The notes under the pieces were generated by a model that was not told the origin of the DNA, did not search any database, and was given only the letters and a program-made list of their open reading frames with translations. DNA of 64,000 nucleotides, from positions 9,994,894 through 10,058,893 of the forward strand of contig CM082589.2 of the NCBI GenBank assembly GCA_040954595.2. Direction: 5' to 3'. The translations under genes and the position numbers were made by a program. This DNA is from Balanoglossus misakiensis (lineage: Eukaryota; Animalia; Hemichordata). Shown in pieces: positions 41,615 to 53,198 of this stretch (the stretch's first letter is position 1; the number at the start of each line of letters is the position of its first letter).

Positions 41615-44600
41615 AAAAATGACAAATTATCGACTTTGCAAAATCTCACAATTTCGTCGATTTTGAAAAAAATCATGGGTGAAAATCATCAAAAAATGAC
41701 AAATTTTCGACTTTGCAAAATCTCAACATTTCGTCGATTTTTGAAAAAAATCATGGGTGAAAATCATCAAAAAATGACAAATTTTCGACTTTGCAAAATC
41801 TCACAATTTCGTCGATTTTTGAAAAAAATCATGGGAGAAAATCATCAAAAAATGACAAATTTTCGACTTTGCAAAATCTCAACATTTCGTCGATTTTTGA
41901 AAAAAATCATGGGTGAAAATCATCAAAAAATGACAAATTTTCGACTGTGCAAAATCTCAAAATTTCGTCGATTTTTGAAAAAAAATCATGGTTGAAAATC
42001 ATCAAAAAATGACAAAATTTTCGACTTTGCAAAATCACACAATTTCGTCGATTTTGAAAAAAATCATAGGTTCGTCGATTTTTAAAAAAAAACATGGGTG
42101 AAAATCATCAAAAAATGACAAATTTTCTACTTTGCAAAATCTTAAAATTTCGTCGATTTTTTAAAAAAAATCATGGGTGAAAATCATCAAAAAATGACAC
42201 ATTTTCGACTTTGCAAAATCTTAAAATTTCGTCGATTTTTGAGAAAAATCATGGGTGAAAATCATCAAAAAATGACAAATTTTCGACTTTGCAAAATCTC
42301 AAAATTTCGTCGATTTTTGAAAAAAATCATGGGTGAAAATCATCAAAAAATGACAAATTTTCGACTTTGCAAAATCTCAAAATTTTGTCGATTTTTGAAA
42401 AAAATCATAAGTGAAAATCATCAAAAAATGACAAATTTTCGACTTCGCAAAATCTCAAAATTTCGTCAATTTTTGAAAAAATCAGGGGTAAAAATCATCA
42501 AAAAATGACAAATTTTCGTCTTTGCTAAATCTCAAAATTTCGTCGGTTTTTGAAAAATAATATGGGTGAAAATCATCAAAAAATGACAAATTTTCGACTT
42601 TGCAAAATCTCAAAATTTCGTCCATTTTTGAAAAAAAATCATGGGTAAAAATCATCAAAAAATGACAAATTTTCGTCTTTGCAAAATCTCAAAATTTCGT
42701 CCATTTAAAAAAAAACATGGGGGAAAATCATCAAAAAATGACAAATTTTCGTCTTTGCAAAATCTCAAAATTTCGTCCATTTAAAAAAAAAAACATGGGT
42801 GAAAATCATCAAAAAATGACAAATTTTCGACTTTGCAAAATCTCAAAATTTCGTCGATTTTTGAAAAAAAATCATGGGTGAAAATCATCAAAAAATGACA
42901 AATTTTCGTCTTTGCAAAATCTCAAAATTTCGTCCATTTTAAAAAAAAAACATGGGGCAAAATCATCAAAAAATGACAAATTTTCGACTTTGCAAAATCT
43001 CAAAATTTCGTCGATTTTTGAAAAAAAATCATGGGTGAAAATCATCAAAAAAAGACAAATTTTCGTCTTTGCAAAATCTCAAAATTTCGTCCATTTTTGA
43101 ATAAAAATCATGGGTAAAAATCATCAAAAATGACAAATTTTCGTCTTTGCAAAATCTCAAATTTTCGTCGATTTTTGAAAAAAAATCATGGTTGAAAATC
43201 ATCAAAAAATGACAAAATTTTCGACTTTGTAAAATCACAAAATTTCGTCGATTTTGAAAAAAATCATAGGTTCGTCGATTTTTTAAAAAAAAAACATGGG
43301 TGAAAATCATCAAAAAATGACAAATTTTCGACTTTGCAAAATCTCAAAATTTCGTCGATTTTTGAAAAAAAATCATGGGTGAAAATCATCAAAAAATGAC
43401 ACATTTTCGATTATGCAAAATCTCAAAATTTCGTCGATTTTTGAAAAAAAATCATGGGTAAAAATCATCAAAAAATGACAAATTTTCGTCTTTGCAAAAT
43501 CTTAAAATTTCGTCGATTTTTGAAACAAATCATGGGTGAAAATCATCAAAAAATGACACATTTTCGACTTTGCAAAATCTAAAAATTTCGTCGATTTTTG
43601 AAAAATAATATGAGTGAAAATCATCAAAAAATGGCAAATTTTCGACTTTGCAAAATCTCAAAATTTCGTCCATTTAAAAAAAAAAAACATGGGGGAAAAT
43701 CATTAAAAAATGACAAATTTTCGACTTTGCAAAATCTCAAAATTTCGTCGATTTTTGAAAAAAAATCATGGGTGAAAATCATCAAAAAATGACAAATTTT
43801 CGTCTTTGCAAAATCTCAAAATTTCGTCCATTTTAAAAAAAAAACATGGGGCAAAATCATCAAAAAATGACAAATTTTCGACTTTGCAAAATCTCAAAAT
43901 TTCGTCGATTTTTGAAAAAAAATCATGGGTGAAAATCATCAAAAAATGACAAATTTTCGTCTTTGCAAAATCTCAAAATTTCGTCCATTTTTGAATAAAA
44001 ATCATGGGTAAAAATCATCAAAAATGACAAATTTTCGTCTTTGCTATATCTCAAAATTTCGTCGGTTTTTGAAAAATAATATGGGTGAAAATCATCAAAA
44101 AATGACAAATTTTCGACTTTGCAAAATCTTAAAATTTCGTCGATTTTTGAAAAAAATCATCAAAAAATGACAAATTTTCGACTTTGCAAAATCTCAAAAT
44201 TTCGTCAATATTTGAAAAATTCATGGGTAAAAATCATCAAAAAATGACAAATTTTCGTCTTTGCTAAATCTCAAAATTTCGTCGGTTTTTGAAAAATAAT
44301 ATGGGTGAAAATCATCAAAAAATGACAAATTTTCGACTTTGCAAAATCTCAAAATTTCGTCCATTTTTGAAAAAAAATCATGGGTAAAAATCATCAAAAA
44401 ATGACAAATTTTCGTCTTTGCAAAATCTCAAAATTTCGTCCATTTAAAAAAAAAAACATGGGGGAAAATCATCAAAAAATGACAAATTTTCGACTTTGCA
44501 AAATCTCAAAATTTCGTCGATTTTTGAAAAAAAATCATGGGTGAAAATCATCAAAAAATGACAAATTTTCGTCTTTGCAAAATCTCAAAATTTCGTCCAT

Positions 44601-45124
44601 TTTTGAATAAAAATCATGGGTAAAAATAATCAAAAATGACAAATTTTCGTCTTTGCAAAATCTCAAATTTTCGTCGATTTTTGAAAAAAAATCATGGGAG
44701 AAAATCATCAAAAAATGACAAATTTTCGACTTTGCAAAATCTCAACATTTCGTCGATTTTTGAAAAAAATCATGGGTGAAAATCATCAAAAAATGACAAA
44801 TTTTCGACTTTGCAAAATCTCAACATTTCGTCGATTTTTGAAAAAAATCATGGGTGAAAATCATCAAAAAATGACAAATTTTCGACTTTGCAAAGTCTCA
44901 ACATTTCGTCGATTTTTGAAAAAATCATGGGTGAAAATCATCAAAAAATGACAAAATTTTCGACTTTGCAAAATCTCAAAATTTCGTCGATTTTGAAAAA
45001 AATCATAGGTTCGTCGATTTTTTAAAAAAAAACATGGGTGAAAATCATCAAAAAATGACAAATTTTTGACTTTGCAAAATCTCACAATTTCGTCGATTTT
45101 CGTCCATTTAAAAAAAAAATCATG
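41615..45124. repeat. 78-bp satellite block
   Basis: Same monomer, somewhat more diverged. It ends at ...AAATCATG immediately before the retrotransposon. Confidence 0.97.
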
Positions 45125-45288
45125 TAGGTAACATTGCGATCAACGGCATAATGTTACCCAATTAAGCAACTCGAAAAGGGGCGCCCTCAACCTCAAACGA
45201 GCCTCAAAAATCCCATAATCCATCACTCACGGCCACTTCAAGGGTTCGGAGCGTGTCCTGCAGTGCTCGCTCTCTCTGCCTCAATTTC
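45125..45288 (+). repeat. Split direct repeat A (5' copy, 164 bp)
   Basis: TAGGTAACATTGCG...CTGCCTCAATTTC recurs at 53018-53181 and 57941-58104. Confidence 0.93.
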
Positions 45289-48176
45289 AATTTCTCACCG
45301 TTATTATGGAGAACGCTGAACAACAGCTGCTGGATTTGGGAATAGAGCCCAGTCCAGTCGCCAAAAAGGGACCTGCAACTCGCAGTAAGACTACGACAAG
45401 AGCATCGACCGGTCGAAAAGTTCGCGTGGTCCCCCCCACCAAACTTTCCAAAGTACCAATGGCGTCAGCTCGTTCGAAAGGCGGGAAATGTAGCAAACCT
45501 GTCAAGGAAGAAGACACTTCATCTGACGGGGAAGATGTGAGGTCAGAGAAAGAGAAGTTGCAGGCGGAGATAGCGAGACTGCAGGAGCAATCTGAAGTAG
45601 ACAATTTAAGAAAACAACTAAAAGAAATGAAACTGGAGAAGGAACGACGCAGCCCGCCAGCCGCTTCGAGCGGAAGTCCCAGAAGTCACGACCTGAGTCA
45701 ACTCACGCTACCCGATCTCAAGAGGATGGCGAAAGAAGACTCACAATTGCAGTGGTCGTTACCATCAGGCAGTCCGTGGCTACCAGCGACAGGGGCCGCT
45801 GGCGGCGGTGAAGACCTCCAACCGAACCAACTCCTGGCACAGTCCGGTTTATACACAGCAGCGCAGAGCAAAGCAGGTAACGTACCAATGAAATCGATGC
45901 GGTTCAACACCAGAACCGATCGTGTGCGACAGCACGTCCTATGGCCGCACATGTTCGTCAGGGCTCGGACATTCTCGGGCGCCCCACCAAAATTCGATGA
46001 TATGTCAATGGCGGAATTTGTGGAAGGTAATCTCGCGATAGTGCAACTTCCTACTTTGAGTGACACAGAGAAACAGCAGCGATTACAACACTTACAGTCG
46101 CTTATGAAAGACGCCAATTTGTTTCCCTGGGACGCCATCTTGAAGTTCGAGGGCGCGCTCCTCTCTGACATGGAGTCAGGACTCAGAACATGGGCAAATG
46201 ACACCGCAGATCTGAGAGAGCTATATTTGCTGCCGCGTATCGGCGAGATCAGACGGGATAAAACAGCGGACAAATCCAAAAAGAAGGATCAGATTAATGT
46301 ATGTTTCAAATACCAAAGTAACAAGTGCGAGAAGGAGGATTGCGCATTCAAACACATATGTGAAGCCTGCATGAAGTTGCGTAACAACCTGGCCAAGCAT
46401 CCCAAGATTGCCAGCCCCTGGAAGGATAAGGCCTTTAGAGAGCAAGAGAGCAACAAGTTGACCGATAGTTCTGGCAAAGCAGAGGTAGATAAGTCTAAAG
46501 AAGACTCTCATGACTGTGACAGCAATTTAATTCCTAAATTGAACCATAGAGTCAAAAGTGCAGGCACGGAGTGTAATATCAATGACTTTTATACATTGAT
46601 GGGCATCACAGATCAGGCAGTGCACAAGTGTGATCGCTCTGTACAAACTGACATGGAGATTGATATTTCAAGAAGCCTGTCAATGTGCAACCCGGAGGTT
46701 TTGCGGGATGCTATTGTTAACCCTAGTAGTATTTCTGAACCAGTGCTTTCGATTGACGAGCCAGTAACATGTACCATTGCCAATGTTGCCTCTGAACACA
46801 CAGGTTGTTTTGATACCTCTGTTAGCAGGGATAATGTTGACAAATACCTTTGTAAAACTCATACAGTTGATTTGATAGAACCTGATATTGAGACTGATCT
46901 TGACAAGCAAATCCCTATTGAATCACTAGCCCATACCGTCGGTGATACCACTGAATTTGCATGTGAGATTAGCGCTCATGGTTCCTCTGACGGTATGATC
47001 AGTGATGACCACGATGTCTTTGTTAGTGATATGTTTACTGTGGAAAATGTTCCAAATATGGGGCCTCCCAACCCCACCCTTGTTGATCACAGTGTTCCAG
47101 ACACTTATCCACTGGGCAATGATATGCAGTATTCTGAGTTATCAGATACTCCCGTGGGCGGGGATGTCTGTCCCCCGTCGTCATGGCCACAAGCGTCACC
47201 CCTTGATTTAACAGAAGTTATAACCGTTCATGACATAGTTGTTGAATCAGGTTTACCAAATTCTCAATTTTGCAGAATACCCGTTTCATCAAATCTTCAA
47301 ATCCCAATTTGGCGAGCCGAATTGCAGCAATATGATGACAAAATCATCTGCGATTACCTACAATATGGTTGGCCCGTCTACTATACAGCCTCAGAATTGC
47401 CATACTCTACAGTGAAAAACCACCCATCAGCTATAAATTACTCGGCGCATGTCGACAACTGGATCATTAACGAAGTCGCAGCCGGGGCTACAGCGGGTCC
47501 GTTCTTAACTAACCCCCTTGCCACACCACTCAGTACTTCCCCCCTTCAGACTGTCGAAAAAAAGATAGTGTTAATCGGCGTATAGTCTTTGATCTTAGTT
47601 CCCCAATCCACCATTCAGTAAATGACGGTATCCCCAAAGGGGAATATCTTGGGGAGAGTTTTCAGCTTCAATATCCTTCCATTGATGATTTCACTGCAAT
47701 GATGACCCGTAAGGGCAGGGGATGCCTCCTATTTAAGCGCGATTTAAGCAGAGCTTATCGGCAAATACCAGTCGATCCAGCGGACTACCATTTGCTGGGC
47801 TACACGTGGCGTAATTTATTGTTCTTAGACCTTACATTGCCATTTGGCTTGCGAACCGCAGGGCTAGCCTGCCAGCGCACCACTAATGCGGTTTCTTATA
47901 TCTATTCCACGAAAGGGTATGACTGTGTTAATTACCTTGACGACTTCGGTGGTGCAGAGACCTCCAACAAAGCCCACAAGGCATTTGCGGAGCTAGGTGA
48001 CACGCTGGATAGACTGGGTTTGCAAGAAGCCAAACACAAAGCGGTGCCCCCGTCATCAATCATGACTTTTCTTGGAATCCAGTTGAACTCCCTTACAATG
48101 ACTATGGAAGTTACTCCTGACCGGCTTAATGAAATAGAGCAAGAGCTTGGTGTATGGGTCACTAAAACAAAAGCAA

Positions 48177-51154
48177 TTAAAGCTGCAAGCAGCGTTGGCG
48201 GGGCACAAGCGGTTCCCGTGGTGACCAGCAAATGCCACGGCTGTATCTGCTGGGGATACCAATATATGGGAAAGTAGGTCAAAGGTCACCTGAGGTCACC
48301 CCAAATTTGGCCAAAAAAAATTGGACCCAATACTAGTCTAGATCCAACAAAAAACCAGACCTCTAGCCCTATTGGTTCGCCTGCAATTAGATATGCATAT
48401 AATTGATGAGGTCTTGTGTAAGACTCCATTATGTGCTCAATCCCCATAAAAGCCAGGGCTCTAACTGCTCTGGATGCTGAGATATGGGAAAGTAGATCAA
48501 AGGTCACCCAAGGTCACCCAAAATTAGGGCATAAAATTTTGATCCCAGAGTGGGCCATGTCCAACCAATACCAGACCTCTAGCCCTATTGGGTAGCATGG
48601 AATTAGATATGCAGAAAAATGATGTTTCAGAAATAGGTCAAAGGTCATTGTCAAAATTACCAAAATATTTGTGTCATGTCCTGGCAGCATTGGTACCCAT
48701 GTCCACAAAATTCATGACTGTGGTGCTTTGACAAGAGGAGGTATGGGGAATATGCATATATAATTAGTTGTTTTAAAACTGGGTCAAAGGTCATGTGAAA
48801 ATTGCATCGAAAAATTGTGACAACTTCCGGTCATATGATGACTCATATCCAAAAAAAGAATTTCCATGCTGTCAACATTTTGGCTACAAAACGGAATTAT
48901 CACTTTTCAATGGTTTTCCGAAAATCCAACATGGCCGCCATAATGATCGACCAATCACATTGCGCTTCGCAAACTTGATAGACATAGGTTAGGTGACCAC
49001 ATATCCCAAATCCCGAGACTCGGTAACCGCTGGTTCTGGAGAAGAAGATTTTTAAAGTTATAAGTAGTTTTTCAGAAAAACAATTGTAGCAAAAAACCTT
49101 TATGTATGACGTCATGATTTTATTGGGGTAAAATGATGGACATAAGGTAGGCTACCTGCACACCAAATTTGAACTCGAACGGCCCAGTGGTTTTTGAGAA
49201 GGACTCATTTAATGATTTTCAGGAAATCCAATATGGCCGCCAGGTCACGTGACTAATTAAATATTCACGAGCCACTGCACGTCTACTCATTGGCCCCTAC
49301 CACCCTACCAAGTTTCAGCCCCCTAGGTGCTGCGGTTTTCCAGATCTACCTGGCCGATTATTTGCAGAAGAAGAATAATAATAAAGAATTAAAGCTGCAA
49401 GCAGCATTGTCCGGGCCCAAGCTCTATTATCTGATCTGATTATTAGATATGCACATAATTAATGAGTAGAAACATAATGCTGTGTTTTATCCCATGAAAT
49501 ATCAAGGTTAAATCTATGTTTGGTGCTGATATAGTGTTAAGTAGGTCAAAGGTCTCCCAGAGGTCACCCACAATTTGGGCAGAAAATTTTGACCCATAGT
49601 CGTCCATGTCCAACAAAAACCAGACCTCAAGCCCTTTTGGTTAGCCCGGAATTAGGTATGCACATAAATAATGAGTTAAGCAGGTGTCACTGGTGACCCA
49701 AAACTTTGGCTTTTCATTATGGCCCCATATCTCCAAATGCCAAGGCTGTATCTGCTTTGGATGCCGAGATATGCAAATGTAGGTCAAAGGTCATCCGAGG
49801 TCACCCAAAATTTGGGCAGAAAATTCTGACCCATAGTGGTCCATGTCCAACAAAAACCAGACCTCTAGCCCTTTTGGTTATCCCGGAATTAGGTATGCAC
49901 ATAAATAATGAGTTAAGCAGGTGTCACAGATGACCCAAAACTTTGGCTTTTCATTATGGCCCCATACCTCCAAACGCCAAGGCTGTATCTGCTGTGGATG
50001 TCGAGATATGCAAAAATAGGTCAAAGGTCACCCGAGGTCACCCAACATTTGGGCAAAAAAATTTGACCCCATACTGGTCCATGTCCAACAAGAACCAAAC
50101 CTCTAGGTCTATTGGTTCATCTGTAATTAGGTATGCGCATATTTTGTGAGGTCAGCAGAGGTCAAAGGGATCATGAAAAGTAGCGAAATTTTTTTAATCA
50201 CATACAAATCCACATACATCAAAAAACCAAAATGATAGCCCTATAGGTTAGCCTGGAATTAGATATGCAGAAAAAAACGATGTGCCAAAGTAGGTCAAAG
50301 GTCATTGCCAAAATTACCAAAATATTTGGGGTAGGTCCTGGCAGGGGTGATACCAATGTGCACAAAAATCAGAACTCTGGTACATTTAGAACACATAGTA
50401 TGAGCTATATATGCATATATGCAGGTTCTTAAAAAAGTAGGTCAAAGGTCATGTGAAAAGTGCCAAAATATTTGCAACATATTCTAGTCATATGACGACT
50501 CATATCCATAAAAAGAATTTGTATGCTATCTATTTTTAGACTAGAAAAATGATTTCTCTATTTTCACTGTTTTTTACAAAATCCAATATGGCCGCCATAA
50601 TCTTCGACCAATCACAACGGTCTTCGCAAACTTAATAGACATCAGTTAGGTGATGTCATACCCTAAATCCCATGACTCGATTATTGCCGGTTCTGGAGAA
50701 GAAGATTTTTGAAGATTTTACTGTACTTTTTCGAAAATCCAATATGGCGGCCAAAGTCACGTGACCGCTCAGGATTTTATTGTCAAACTTTGAAGGGCAG
50801 AGGACATGTGTACCATACACCAAATTTGAACTTGATTGGCCCTGTGGTTTTTGAAAAGAAGCCATTTAAAGATTTTCCGAAAATCCAATATGGCCGCCAG
50901 GTCACGTGACTAATTAAATATTCACAAGCCACTGCACATCTACTCATTGACCTTGACCACTATAGCAAGTTTGAGAAGTGTACCTGTTGCCGTTTCAGAG
51001 ATCTAGGAGAGCAAAGAATTGACATAAGAATAAAGAAAGAAAGAAAAACCCCAACGAAACCAATACGGGCCCAAGCCTGGCTTGGCTTGGGCCCGTAAAA
51101 ATTCCAACAATACCAATGGGGGCACAAGCCGCCTGAGGGCGCTTGTGCCCCCAA
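48177..51154 (-). mobile_element. Non-autonomous Helentron-type element, family B (outer, ~1.27 kb own length), inserted in pol of copy 1
   Basis: The empty site AAAAGCAA|CTAAGCGC is visible in copy 2 (56063-56078). Terminal hairpin GGGGGCACAAGC...GCTTGTGCCCCC (51118-51152), matching subTIR GGGGCACAAGC (48200-48210), stem-loop GCTGC-AA-GCAGC (48182-48193). Exact ends are ambiguous by 2-3 bp (AA/CAA). Confidence 0.85.
49389..51098 (-). mobile_element. Non-autonomous Helentron-type element, family C (inner, ~1.7 kb), nested in family B
   Basis: It has its own end TTAAAGCTGCAAGCAGC (49389-49405), subTIR CGGGCCCAAGC (49412-49422), a perfect 14-bp hairpin TACGGGCCCAAGCC/GGCTTGGGCCCGTA (51064-51097), an AAAG microsatellite near 51025-51048, and ~237-bp internal repeats (49543, 49781, 50018). 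Confidence 0.85.
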
Positions 51155-51842
51155 CTAAGCGCGAGCTGCAATCACTCATAGGCAAGCTTTCCTTTATTGC
51201 CAAATGTGTCAAGCCTGGTAGGCTATTCCTGGCGAGAATGCTAGATGTGTTGCGTACCGTCACCCGCAATCACTACCATCTAAACAGTGATTTCAAGGCA
51301 GATCTACGGTGGTGGATTAATTTCATTAGGGTTTATAATGGGGTGTCTCTCATTAAAGAGTCAGGTTGGTGCCCGCCAGATGAAATATTTTCTTCGGATG
51401 CATGCCCAACAGGGGGAGGGGGGCTTTGCGACAACGAGTATTTCCACGTGGAGTTCCCTGACTTTGTAAAGGTTGGGGACCCTCACATTAATGCCCTCGA
51501 ATTACTCACTATTACTATAGCGGCAAAAATTTGGGGTGATAGATGGTCTGGAAAGAAAATACAGGTCTCTTGCGACAACCAGGCAACAGTTTGGGTCATT
51601 AATACCGGTAGAGCTAGGGATAAACTAATGCTGTCTTGCTTGAGGGAATTATGGCTGGTAGCAGCGATTCACGAGTTTGAGCTACGTGCTGTGCACATCG
51701 CAGGCACCGAGAACCGGCTGGCTGATGCGCTCAGTCGCTGGCATCTTGACCCAAGTTATGAGCAACTCTTCAAATCATCTGTTAATATTTCTCAAATGAC
51801 CGAGCACCCAGTCGCCGAGGATGACATTCGCTTTCTCAATGA

Positions 51843-52867
51843 GTGGTGACTGATTTTATTTTTATTTCAGATCACTGCCAAACTATCCAAGCCTTAGACG
51901 CTCAAATCGCTATCTCAATGAGGTCAGCATTAGCGGAAGGAACTCGTCGGAATTTGTCGTCACAGTTGAAGAGTTACTTCCTGTTTTGTCAGTTTTTCAA
52001 TTTTACTCCTGTTCCAGCATCTGTTCTTACAGTGTGTAGATTTATCCAGTTTCTTGCAAGATCAGTAACTGCTACTGGCACCATTCAGAATTATTTGTAC
52101 GCAATTCGTACCTTGCATAGAATCCATGGCTTCACGCCATTGGCCGCTGATCAGTATGTTGTCAAATTACTTTTGAAATGTCTTTCCCGTAGCACTTTCC
52201 AGCCAGTGAGGCAGAAATTACCCATCACCCCCCAGTTGTTGCTACAGTTTTTCGGGCTTCTAGATGTGGCTGTTCCATTCGATGTTACTTTGTGGGCATG
52301 CCTTTTGATAGGGTTTTTCTCCTTTTTTCGCAAGTCAAATCTTGTTCCGAAGTCTGCAACCGACTTTGATCCGGCTAAACACCTCTGTAGGGGTAAAGTC
52401 ATTTCCTCAGATTCTGGCCTTATAATCGGCGTGACTTGGTCAAAAACCATTCAGTTTCGCGAACGCTGTTTGACTATTCCACTTGCCCGCATTCCAGGTT
52501 CGGTGTTGTGCCCTTTACAGGCATACAATCACATGTGTGAGATCATCCCAGCCCCACCCTCTAGCCCAGCATTCATTTTCCCAAATGTGGCAAATTGGTC
52601 CCCTTGACCCATTCAGGGCTGGTGAAAAGTATCAAATGTTTAGTTCAGAGGGCAGGCTTTCCTGCTGACATGTACTCGGGTCACAGCCTCCGTCGTGGGG
52701 GTGCAACCTTTGCATTCGAAAGTGGGGTCCCTGGGGAGCTTATCAAACTCCAAGGGGATTGGCAATCCAGCGCGTATCTCCGTTATCTTAACATTCCATT
52801 TCAGACTCGTTATCTGGTGTCCTTTCAAATGGGTCAGCATATTAAAGACATCTCCGCGTCACACTGA
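51843..52867 (+). pseudogene. Frameshifted tyrosine recombinase of retrotransposon copy 1
   Basis: Matches 56765-57790 but has lost 1 bp in a T-run near 52577, splitting it into 51843-52607 and 52595-52867. The homopolymer indel could be a sequencing error. Confidence 0.85.
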
Positions 52868-52911
52868 TTTTACTGTGGCACTAGCAGAGAGGCGGACCGG
52901 GTTTGGCAGTG

Positions 52912-53017
52912 GTTGGGCCTGCAAGAGCCCCCAGTTCACGTAAATAAATAATGGCTCTTGCCTTCAGCTGCCAAACCTGTGTCCTTGGTTTGTGTGTTAG
53001 AGAGATCTCAAGTAATT
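52912..53017 (+). repeat. Split direct repeat B (106 bp), first copy
   Basis: GTTGGGCCTGCAAGAGC...GAGATCTCAAGTAATT recurs at 57835-57940 and 58253-58358. Confidence 0.92.
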
Positions 53018-53181
53018 TAGGTAACATTGCGATCAACGGCATAATGTTACCCAATTAAGCAACTCGAAAAGGGGCGCCCTCAACCTCAAACGAGCCTCAA
53101 AAATCCCATAATCCATCACTCACGGCCACTTCAAGGGTTCGGAGCGTGTCCTGCAGTGCACGCTCTCTCTGCCTCAATTTC
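53018..53181 (+). repeat. Split direct repeat A (middle copy, shared by both units)
   Basis: Near-identical to 45125-45288 and abuts repeat B directly. Confidence 0.93.
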
Positions 53182-53198
53182 AATTTCTCACCGTTATT

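Larger units (their letters stand above)
45306..51849 (+). pseudogene. Disrupted gag-RT-RNaseH ORF of retrotransposon copy 1
   Basis: Nearly identical to 53199-56771, but with a 1-bp loss in an A-run near 47560 (A7 vs A8), a 2978-bp insertion at 48177-51154 and a 6-bp in-frame deletion near 51280 (HYHLN vs HYHIYLN). The ORF-track pieces are 45306-47585, 47699-48277 and 51082-51849. Confidence 0.92.

Noticed and set aside
48056-51269. Short ORFs in the nested insertion and the novel N-terminus of ORF 51082-51849
   Set aside because: They lie in non-coding HINE repeats; 51082-51154 is HINE hairpin sequence fused by chance to the RNase H half of pol.
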